Shown here: piece by piece, positions 10,761 to 20,293 of the stretch | How positions within the stretch are numbered: the first letter of the stretch is position 1 | How the letters are laid out: each line of letters opens with the position of its first letter | Source of the DNA: Alphaproteobacteria bacterium | GTDB lineage: Bacteria > Pseudomonadota > Alphaproteobacteria > GCA-2731375 | Assembly: GCA_965225945.1 (NCBI GenBank) | Contig: CBDDBZ010000011.1 | Span: forward strand, 1 to 33,462 | Direction of reading: 5' to 3' | DNA length: 33,462 bases | Notes under the pieces: model-generated | The model's input: the letters and a program-made list of their open reading frames with translations, nothing else | Databases searched by the model: none | What the model was told of the DNA's origin: nothing | Translations under genes and position numbers: made by a program

Positions 10761-11300
10761 TCACTCCGACTTCACCGTTCGGCGGCTCCAGGATATCAGA
10801 TAGCCGGCGCCGGAAATCACCGTCGTTGCGCCCACCAGGTATTCAAGCCCTTGCGCCAGGCCGTCCCAATCGGCCCGCCCGAAGGCGAGGCCGGCCAAGA
10901 CGGTGGCGGCGAGCACAATCTGCAGCAGGGTGTTGAGCTTGCTGACGAAAAAGGGCGCGATTTCGATCGCTTCGTCCAACATGAACTGCAGAACCGCGCC
11001 ACCGACGAGCAGCACGTCGCGGCTCACCACCAAAAGAACCAGCCAGAGGGCGATTCGCCCGTCGACCCCGAGGCTGATGTAGATGGCGACCAGAAGCACC
11101 TTGTCGGCGATCGGATCGAGATAGGTGCCGAGTGTCGTCGCGAGATCGAAGCGCTTGGCGAGAAAGCCGTCGACCGCGTCGGAGAGGCCCGCGAGGACGA
11201 AGGCGAGGAAGGCGACGAGCCAGGCCTCGCGCAATATCAGCCAGACGATCAGCGGAACGCTCAGCAACCGCGCCAAGCTGATAATGTTGGGAAGCGTCAC
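10761..11300 (-). CDS. CDP-alcohol phosphatidyltransferase family protein
   Basis: TLPNIISLAR and the signature DAVDGFLAK...GTYLDPIADK. GTG start. Confidence 0.93.
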   Translation of the reverse strand: MTLPNIISLARLLSVPLIVWLILREAWLVAFLAFVLAGLSDAVDGFLAKRFDLATTLGTYLDPIADKVLLVAIYISLGVDGRIALWLVLLVVSRDVLLVGGAVLQFMLDEAIEIAPFFVSKLNTLLQIVLAATVLAGLAFGRADWDGLAQGLEYLVGATTVISGAGYLISWSRRTVKSE

Positions 11301-11303
11301 TCT

Positions 11304-12434
11304 CTACTTCCGGCCGCTGGCGCCGGTCCTCGGTGTCAAGGTCCAAAATGCATCGTCACGGGTGAGTTCGAGCCCGTCCTGCGACAGCGAAACGCGCAGC
11401 CGATCGGGCGTGCCGAGATAGTGCAGCTCGACCTGCGCGCCGGATTTCGAGATCGCCAATATGTCGAATCGCTCGATCATGGCATTGCGCTCCAGGCCCG
11501 CCCGAATGGCGAGCCAATCGGCGAGACCGGCGAGCGGTACATGCGCGGTCAGGCGAAACGCCTCGTCGAAACTCACCAGGGTCTCGCGTTTCCAGGCATT
11601 CTCCAGATCGGCGGCGATCGCGCCGACGGCCCGGGCCATCATCTTCGCCTCGCTCTCCTTGCCCGCCGGGATGAAGGGCCTAACCTCGACCCCGTGGCGG
11701 AGCGCGCCGTGCCAGGAGAGCGTGACGGATAAGGCGCGCGCCGCCGCGCCGGACGGTCGGCCACGGAACCGCGCCGTAGCGACCAGTTGGGTCTCCACCT
11801 CGTGAAGCTCGCCGATCGCCGAGAGCGCCCCGGCATCGCCGGCGAAGGCCCTCTCGGCGTCGATCGCCGCAATGTCGCCCAGGTCGCCGAAGGGCAACAA
11901 CAGCGGCAGCATCGCGCCTCTCGGCGGCTCGTGCGCGATCCAGGCCTCGAGCCAAGGGTTCTTTTCGCCGAAGAGCCTCAGCGATTTGCCGACCTGCAAC
12001 ACCGGAAGCACCAGCACCGGGCGCGCGCGGGTCTCGGTGAAGGGGATGGTGGCAGCGCGCAGCAAGTCGCGAATTGGCGTCTTCTTGAAACTTACGGTGA
12101 GCTCGGACAAATAACGGGTGGCCGAGGTTTTCTCGTTCTCGACCTCGATCGCGGCGACCATTTCCACGATTTGGTGAATCTTCGGCGCCGGCAGGCGACC
12201 CGCGTCCTCGGCCACGGTCAGGCGGCCGAGAATCACGCGAAGCGCCGCCGACTGGCCCTGGGCGAGCGCCACGTCACGGGCCTCGGTCGCCGTCGTCGCA
12301 ACGGCATCGACGGGCAGCGCATAGACGGTGAACAGATCGTCGACGCCTTGCGCCGCCGCCGGTCCGACGGGAACCAGACACGGCGCGGCCAGTGCCGCGA
12401 ATAGCCAACGCCACGGAATGTGCACCATCGCCAC
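11304..12434 (-). CDS. DUF2066 family exported protein
   Basis: Signal peptide, LFTV..VDA.A..A..AR..A, E.E....RY...L.V.F and LLPFGDLGD patterns. Typical position divergent from purM. Confidence 0.8.
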   Translation of the reverse strand: MAMVHIPWRWLFAALAAPCLVPVGPAAAQGVDDLFTVYALPVDAVATTATEARDVALAQGQSAALRVILGRLTVAEDAGRLPAPKIHQIVEMVAAIEVENEKTSATRYLSELTVSFKKTPIRDLLRAATIPFTETRARPVLVLPVLQVGKSLRLFGEKNPWLEAWIAHEPPRGAMLPLLLPFGDLGDIAAIDAERAFAGDAGALSAIGELHEVETQLVATARFRGRPSGAAARALSVTLSWHGALRHGVEVRPFIPAGKESEAKMMARAVGAIAADLENAWKRETLVSFDEAFRLTAHVPLAGLADWLAIRAGLERNAMIERFDILAISKSGAQVELHYLGTPDRLRVSLSQDGLELTRDDAFWTLTPRTGASGRK

Positions 12435-12538
12435 CGTTTCCTCGTCCGGGCCAGTTGAAATATCGCCGGCACCCGTTCATCTTGCCAGCAGCGCGCCCGG
12501 ACGGCCTCCTCTCCGCCTTATAGACCAGCGAGGACCCC

Positions 12539-13594
12539 ATCAAAAGCTACACCTACAAGGACGCGGGCGTGGATATCGAAGCGGGCGCGATGGCCGTCGA
12601 AAGCTACAAGCCGCTCGTCGCCGGCACCCGGCGGCCCGGCGTGATCGGCGGCATCGGCGCCTTCGGCGGGCTCTTCGACCCCCGCGCGGCGGGCTACGAC
12701 GACCCCCTGCTGGTGGCGGCGAGCGACGGTGTCGGCACCAAGGTGATGCTGGCGATCGAGGCCGGGCGGCACGATAGCGTCGGCATCGATCTGGTGGCGA
12801 TGTGCGTCAACGATCTCATCGTCCAGGGTGCGGAACCGCTGTTCTTTCTCGACTATTTCGCCACCGCCCGCCTGGCGTCGGAGCATGCGCGAGAGGTGGT
12901 TGCCGGCATCGCCCGGGGCTGCCGCGAGGCGGGTTGCGCGCTCATCGGCGGCGAGACGGCGGAGATGCCGGGGCTTTACCGGGAGGGCGATTACGACCTC
13001 GCCGGCTTCGCCGTCGGCGCGGTCGAGCGCGAATTGGTCCTGACGGGCGAGGATATCTGCGCCGGCGACCTGTTGCTCGGGCTCGACTCCAGCGGGCCGC
13101 ATTCCAACGGCTATTCCTTGATCCGCCGCCTGCTCGACGACAACGGCTTTTCGCTCTCCGATCCGGCCCCCTTCGCGCCCGAGTTGAGCCTGGGCGAGGC
13201 CCTGCTGACGCCGACGCGAATTTACGTGGCGCCGGTCCTGGCGGCGATCCGCGCGGGTCTGGTGAAGGGTCTCGCGCACATCACCGGCGGCGGCTTGGTC
13301 GAGAACGTGGCGCGCATGTTGCCGGACGGATTGGCGGCGCGGATCGACGGCGAGGCCTGGACGCCGCCCGGGGTGTTCTCCTGGCTCGCCGGGATCGGTG
13401 GAATCGAGACGGCGGAGATGGCGCGGACCTTCAATTGTGGAATCGCCATGGTCGCCGCGGTTTCGCCGGCGCGGGCGGGGGAGGCGCGGGCTCTTTTCGA
13501 GACCGAGGGCGAGAGCGCGCGCATCATCGGCGAGGTCGTGGCGGAGACGGAGGGTGCGCCCCGGACCCGGATCGAAGGCCTGGCTTTCCGATGA
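12539..13594 (+). CDS. purM: Phosphoribosylformylglycinamidine cyclo-ligase (AIR synthetase); probable ATC start
   Basis: [62 protein letters not shown]. The conserved TYKDAG lies upstream of the first GTG (12569). Confidence 0.95.
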   Translation: MKSYTYKDAGVDIEAGAMAVESYKPLVAGTRRPGVIGGIGAFGGLFDPRAAGYDDPLLVAASDGVGTKVMLAIEAGRHDSVGIDLVAMCVNDLIVQGAEPLFFLDYFATARLASEHAREVVAGIARGCREAGCALIGGETAEMPGLYREGDYDLAGFAVGAVERELVLTGEDICAGDLLLGLDSSGPHSNGYSLIRRLLDDNGFSLSDPAPFAPELSLGEALLTPTRIYVAPVLAAIRAGLVKGLAHITGGGLVENVARMLPDGLAARIDGEAWTPPGVFSWLAGIGGIETAEMARTFNCGIAMVAAVSPARAGEARALFETEGESARIIGEVVAETEGAPRTRIEGLAFR

Positions 13595-14244
13595 GCCGAA
13601 GGCGCCTGGGGGTGCTGATTTCTGGCCGGGGCAGCAACCTGGCGGCCTTGATCGCCGCCTGCGCCGGGCCTGGTTTCCCGGCCGAAATCGTGGTGGTGAT
13701 CTCCAACCAGCCGGCGGCGGCGGGCCTGGGGCGGGCGACGGCGGCGGGCATCGAGGCCGTCGTCGTCGATCATCGCGACCATGCAGATCGCCCCGCCTTC
13801 GAGGCGGCGGTGAGCGAGGTCTTGCTCGCGCACGGGGTCGAGCTGGTCTGTCTCGCCGGTTTCATGCGGCTGCTGACCGCGGGCTTCCTCGATGCCTGGG
13901 CGGCCCGCGTGATCAACATCCACCCCTCGCTGCTGCCGGCCTTCAAGGGGCTGGAAGCCCACGCCCGCGTGCTCGGCGCGGGTGTGCGAATCACCGGCTG
14001 CACCGTGCACTATGTCGTACCCGAGATGGACAGCGGCCCGATCGTCGCGCAGGCGGCGGTGGCGGTCCTGGCGGGGGACGACGAAGCGGCGCTGGCGGCG
14101 CGCGTGCTGGAAGCCGAGCACCGGCTCTATCCCCTCGCCGTCCGCAGAATTGCCGAGGGCCGGGCCCGCCTGGTGGACGGACGGGTGTTGCTCGACGGCA
14201 CCGACGCGCCGCCGCCCAGTCTGTTCAACCCATCCGACGTTTGA
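13591..14244 (+). CDS. purN: Phosphoribosylglycinamide formyltransferase
   Basis: [51 protein letters not shown] overlap with the purM stop. Confidence 0.96.
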   Translation: MSRRRLGVLISGRGSNLAALIAACAGPGFPAEIVVVISNQPAAAGLGRATAAGIEAVVVDHRDHADRPAFEAAVSEVLLAHGVELVCLAGFMRLLTAGFLDAWAARVINIHPSLLPAFKGLEAHARVLGAGVRITGCTVHYVVPEMDSGPIVAQAAVAVLAGDDEAALAARVLEAEHRLYPLAVRRIAEGRARLVDGRVLLDGTDAPPPSLFNPSDV

Positions 14245-14257
14245 GCGCCCTGGCGGA

Positions 14258-14680
14258 TCAGCCGACGATGTCGACCTCGGCGAAGAAATAGGCGATTTCG
14301 ATCCGAGCGTTTTCGGCTGAATCGGAGCCGTGGGTCGAGTTCGCCTCGATAGTCTCGGCGAAGTCCTTGCGGATCGTGCCGTCCGCCGCCTCGGCCGGAT
14401 TGGTCGCGCCCATCAACTCGCGGTTGCGGGCGACCGCGTTCTCGCCCTCCAGCACCTGGACGACGACGGGGCCGGAGGTCATGAAGCCGCAAAGCGAATC
14501 AAAGAACGGCCGCGCCTCGTGTACCGCGTAGAAGCCTTCGGCCTGGGCGCGGGTCAGCCGAACGCGCCGCTGCGCGACGATGGCGAGGCCCGTCGCTTCC
14601 AGCCGCTGATTGATGGCCCCGGTGAGGTTCCGGCGCGTCGCGTCGGGTTTGAGAATGGACAAGGTCCGCTCGATCGCCAT
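14258..14680 (-). CDS. ndk: Nucleoside-diphosphate kinase
   Basis: [44 protein letters not shown]. 140 aa. Confidence 0.97.
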   Translation of the reverse strand: MAIERTLSILKPDATRRNLTGAINQRLEATGLAIVAQRRVRLTRAQAEGFYAVHEARPFFDSLCGFMTSGPVVVQVLEGENAVARNRELMGATNPAEAADGTIRKDFAETIEANSTHGSDSAENARIEIAYFFAEVDIVG

Positions 14681-14771
14681 GATCCGCTCGACTCCAGCTA
14701 TTGCACCGTGAAAACGTCGCGCCTTATATCGGCTCGCCAACGGCACCGCAACCACGCCCGGACACCGTCGC

Positions 14772-16673
<1,902 letters not shown>

Positions 16674-17115
16674 CCGACCCCGATGCGGGCAACGTCCATC
16701 GCGAGCGCGCGGAGCGAAGCGCGGCAAGCCCGGCCGAGGATGCGGCGGGGAGACGAAGGCAGAGAGGGGCGAGGGTATCCGAGAGACGCGATCCGATTGA
16801 CCGGCGGCGCCCAGACCGCCAAACTTCGCGCATGGCACGATTGGCGCGGGTGGTGGTGCCGGGTATGCCGCATCACGTGACCCAACGCGGCAACCGGAGC
16901 CAACGAACTTTCTTTGGCAACGACGACTATCGGAGCTATAGAGCGCTGTTGGCGGAGCATTGCGCCAAGGCCGGGGTCGCGGTCTGGGCTTACTGCCTGA
17001 TGCCGAACCACGTGCATCTGGTCCTCGTGCCGGAACAAGTCGACGGACTGCGCCGAGCGCTCGCCGAGACGCACCGCCGCTACACGCGCCGGATCATTCC
17101 TTGCCTATCCGGTTA

Positions 17116-17230
17116 TCACCCACACCCACTATATGTAGTGTGCACCCATTTTCCTGAGTAAAGCTCGGTGCAGGTCGAAGCGGAGATATCTCCGGCGATG
17201 CCGAGCAGGGACTCGGACGGCATTGTAGCG
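17116..17230 (-). pseudogene. Possible C-terminal remnant of an IS1595-family transposase
   Basis: YNAVR/(frameshift)SLLGIAGDISASTCTELYSGKWVH runs into the IR. From memory it resembles the C-termini of some IS1595 transposases; unverified. Confidence 0.45.
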
Positions 17231-17374
17231 CCTTTTAGGCGACACTTTAGCGTGGTGGAAATCCTAATCATTGAGTCGGATTTGGCAAAACGCCACGTTG
17301 CATAAAGGACCGTCACTTCATTGAAATTTATCTGAAATCGGAGGTGAACGACACCGATGGAATATTCCAGGAAA

Positions 17375-17683
17375 TCAGAGCTTCATTGAATTGTAGGATT
17401 CGAGTGCCGGATTATTCACAAATAGCTCTGTGAACTGGTTTTCAAGTTCGCTCAATACGTCATATGAAGTAAACGGATTGAGGATCACGTTCTTGCGTGT
17501 CGCTTCGTCTTCGCTGCGACTCAAAACGCGCAGGAGACTAACAGGCGCGGACGGGTTCTTCGCAACGATTCGTGCCAGCGCGTCGCTTTCTTCGACTAGT
17601 GCCGTCAATCGCTCAGACGATGTCGTTTCATCAGCAGCTTCCCGTCTGGCCGTGGGTTTCTTCGTTTTTCCCTTGGTCGCCAC
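17375..17683 (-). CDS. Passenger protein with leucine-rich-repeat-variant (LRV)/HEAT-like repeats
   Basis: GTG start after a purine-rich GGGGA. Repeated VAKNPSAP..LL..L, VILNPFTS..VL..L and FVNNPAL motifs. 102 aa. Confidence 0.6.
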   Translation of the reverse strand: MATKGKTKKPTARREAADETTSSERLTALVEESDALARIVAKNPSAPVSLLRVLSRSEDEATRKNVILNPFTSYDVLSELENQFTELFVNNPALESYNSMKL

Positions 17684-18387
17684 CGTTCCGTCCCCCGATG
17701 TTAAGTACGTGACGTGAATTAAACTCCGGTTCGGTTTTCAGAACAATCAAGAATTAGCCGGATCGCCTCCTCAATGCGCCTGCGCCGGCCCTTGCCTGCA
17801 GTCCAAGGAGACACACTACATATAGTGGGTGTGGGTGATAACCGGATAGGCAAGGATCAATCTTCGCGAGGACTGGCGCGGCTATCTCTGGCAGGGCCGG
17901 TTCGCCTCCTTTCCCCTGGACGAAGCGCATCTTCTGGCAGCCGTCCGCTATGTCGAGCTCAATCCGGCGCGGGCCGGGCTGGTGAAGCGGGCCTCGAGCT
18001 GGCCTTGGTCGAGCGCCAAGGCTCACCTCGCCGGCCGGGACGACGAGCTGGTGGCGACGGCGCCGATGCTGGCACTGGTCCCCGATTGGCGCGCCTACCT
18101 GCGCGAAGGCCTGGAGACGGCGGCGCGCGAGCTGTTGCGCACGCACGAGCGAACCGGGCGTCCCCTCGGCTCCGAGGGTTTCGTCGCGGGCCTCGAGGGG
18201 CGACTCGATCGGCAACTCGCCAAACGCAAGCCTGGCCCGGCCAAGGGCACGCCGAGGCATTCGTGAAGGCTCGGGTTTCGGACCTCTGGTCGCGGTGAGC
18301 GGGTCAGGGCGAGGAACGAAGGCTTTCATGTTCGGCTGGGGCGATGCCTGTCGCCTGATGTTATGGGGACATGGCGTAATTGAGTTA

Positions 18388-18462
18388 GGGTCACCCTCCC
18401 AACGACCACGAAGCCGCCCTGGTCTAACGTCCATTGGGTGGCTTCGAGAAGGAGGATGACCC
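18388..18462 (+). promoter_or_regulatory. RBS-sequestering hairpin upstream of the IS110 transposase
   Basis: GGGTCACCCTCC (18388-18399) pairs with GGAGGATGACCC (18451-18462, contains the SD). Inner stem CGAAGCCGCCC/GGGTGGCTTCG. Confidence 0.65.
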
Positions 18463-19494
18463 ATGCGCGAAGTCTATGCCGGTTTGGATGTTTCCGACAA
18501 GCAGACCCACATTTGTCTGGTGGACGGTGCCGGAGCGGTGCTCTGGCGCGGGCGCTGCGCGAGCGATCCCGACGTCATCGCCAAGACGCTGGCCAAGCAC
18601 ACGGCGAAGCTGTCGGCGGTGCTGGCCAGGGCGGTGCTGGAGACCGGCCCGCTCTCGACCTTCCTGTTCCATGGTCTGCAGATGCGCAAAGTGGCGGTGG
18701 TTTGCGTCTGCGCGCGCCATGCCAAGGGGGTGCTCTCGACCCGACTCAACAAGACCGATCCCAACGACGCCGAGGGGCTGGCCCAGCTCGCCCGCACCGG
18801 CTGGTTCAAGGCGGTGCACGTCAAGGACCCCGAGAGCCACCTCGAGCGGGCGCAGCTTCGGGTGCGCGGGCAACTGGTCAAGAGCCACCGGGACATGGTC
18901 AATCAGCTGCGTGGCCTCTTGAAGCTGTTCGGCCTGCGGCTCGGCCAGGTGACGACGCCGAACAAGCGGCGCGAGCGCGTCGAGGCGTTGCTGACCCGCA
19001 TGCCAGCGCTACGCCCGGCGCTGTCGCCGCTCATGGAGACGCTCGCCGCCCTGGACGAGGAACTGGGCAAGCTGAAGAAGAGCCTCGAGGTACGCGCCGC
19101 CCGGGACCCGCTCACCCGGCGCTTCATGACGGCGCCCGGCGTCGGTCCGCACCTGGCGTTGGTCTACAGATGCACGATCGAGGATCCGGGGCGCTTCGCC
19201 CGCTCGGGCGACGTCGGCGCCTATATCGGCTTCACGCCGAGGCGCTATCAATCCGGCGAGGTCGATCTCGTCGGCCACATCCCGAGGGCGGGCGACGCCA
19301 TGTTGCGCCATGCCCTCTACGAGGGAGCCAACGCGGTGCTCGGGCCCCTGAAACGCCCTTGCGCGCTCAGGACCTGGGGCCTCGCCTTGCAGGAACGCAA
19401 GGCGGCCAAGCGGGCCCGGGTCGCCGTCGCCAGAAAGCTCGCCGTCCTGCTGCACCGCCTGTGGCAGGACGAGACCGACTTTCGTTGGGCCTAG
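18463..19494 (+). CDS. IS110 family transposase/recombinase
   Basis: DEDD RuvC-like residues GLDVS, LETG, KTDPND. C-terminal PGVG, G.TPRRYQSGE (catalytic Ser), VAVARKLAV. Confidence 0.95.
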   Translation: MREVYAGLDVSDKQTHICLVDGAGAVLWRGRCASDPDVIAKTLAKHTAKLSAVLARAVLETGPLSTFLFHGLQMRKVAVVCVCARHAKGVLSTRLNKTDPNDAEGLAQLARTGWFKAVHVKDPESHLERAQLRVRGQLVKSHRDMVNQLRGLLKLFGLRLGQVTTPNKRRERVEALLTRMPALRPALSPLMETLAALDEELGKLKKSLEVRAARDPLTRRFMTAPGVGPHLALVYRCTIEDPGRFARSGDVGAYIGFTPRRYQSGEVDLVGHIPRAGDAMLRHALYEGANAVLGPLKRPCALRTWGLALQERKAAKRARVAVARKLAVLLHRLWQDETDFRWA

Positions 19495-19675
19495 GCGTCG
19501 GGGCCGGCGGGCCCTAGGCCCGCTTCCGCCTGCTTGCCGCAGCCTGACGGGGAAGGGTGATCTCGCCTATACTGTCGCGGCATCGACCGCGTTGGGGACA
19601 TCAAAGACACCCTTCTTCCTCTGACCGCCATCCTGAGGCGCCGGCAACTCCAGCCCCCCATGGCAAGGCCGGGTA

Positions 19676-19918
19676 GACAACCGAAGATGCGGCAAGGCGG
19701 AATTCCATCCGGAGAGGACAAAACTCGACTGGACAACCGGAACTCGAACACTCGAGCCTGATGGCACCAATCCTTCTCACCTTCAATGGTGAGCGAGGCG
19801 CCATGAGAAGCATGGGGAAGAGTAGAACCCAAAACCGAAAAACGGGGGACCCCGTGGACAACCGAAGATGCGGCAAGGCGGAATTATTTCCTGAAAGGAC
19901 AGAACTCAATTAGACAAC
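19676..19918. repeat. 62-bp imperfect direct repeat, 2 copies
   Basis: Copies at 19676-19737 and 19857-19918. First 29 bp identical (GACAACCGAAGATGCGGCAAGGCGGAATT); 53/62 identical overall. Confidence 0.85.
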
Positions 19919-19987
19919 AGTTTCCATTTTTCCCTCTCCAAGTTGCCCAATTTTAACGTGCTCTCGACTACATCGTGAGCCACGGCC

Positions 19988-20127
19988 CGCCCTTCATCTC
20001 ATGGTAGGGGATCGCCCGGGTCCAGGGAGCTGTCAAGGGCGCCCTGAAAGGGCGTCGGCTTCGCCGATCCCCGACCCTTGACAGCCCCCTGGACCCGGGC
20101 AAAGTGGTCACCATGAGATGAAGGGCG
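19988..20127. repeat. 140-bp multi-branched palindromic element
   Basis: Nested perfect IRs: 18 bp (19988-20005/20110-20127), 14 bp (20014-20027/20087-20100) and 11 bp (20029-20039/20075-20085). Two apical hairpins, CGCCCT-GAA-AGGGCG and TCGGC-TTC-GCCGA. Confidence 0.85.
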
Positions 20128-20293
20128 AAACATGGTCGTCCTTGCCCCGTGAATCCGGGATGACGGGCGAGCGTGCTTTGCGCGTCCGCGGATCATCGAC
20201 GAGAACGACATCCCGTGCGCCACTTGGCAACACGAGGCCTGGCCCCTTTCCCTCGTGCTTTTCCCCCGAAAGCCGGATTTTATTGTGATTTAG

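Larger units (their letters stand above)
17100..17854. mobile_element. Non-autonomous IS1595-family (ISSod11-like ends) mobile insertion cassette
   Basis: Perfect 43-bp terminal IRs 17100-17142/17812-17854 beginning CTTGCCTATC. 8-bp flanking repeat GATCATTC (17092-17099)/GATCAATC (17855-17862). No intact transposase. Interior is more AT-rich than the flanks. Confidence 0.85.
16832..18266 (+). pseudogene. REP-associated tyrosine (HUH/Y1) transposase, RAYT-type, interrupted by a 755-bp insertion
   Basis: 5' half MARLAR..PHHVTQRGN..AYCLMPNHVHL..HRRYTRRI. 3' half resumes at ~17855 with INLREDWRGYLWQGRF..RYVELNP.RAGLV....WPWSS. Removing 17100-17862 restores a 223-aa ORF. Confidence 0.92.
18377..19915 (+). 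mobile_element. IS110-family element (boundaries tentative)
   Basis: Intact IS110 transposase with a short 5' and long 3' non-coding flank. 10-bp IR TAATTGAGTT (18377-18386)/AACTCAATTA (19903-19912). No TSD, as expected for IS110. Confidence 0.55.

Noticed and set aside
17091-17859. Alternative cassette boundaries (45-bp IR, or 6-bp GGATCA duplication)
   Set aside because: Boundaries 17100-17854 give symmetric ends, an 8-bp TSD typical of IS1595 and exact restoration of the RAYT frame. The extra 2 bp of IR come from the target.
19673-19918. CRISPR array (GACAAC-ending repeats)
   Set aside because: Only two long copies, the would-be spacers are themselves similar, spacing is irregular and there are no cas genes.
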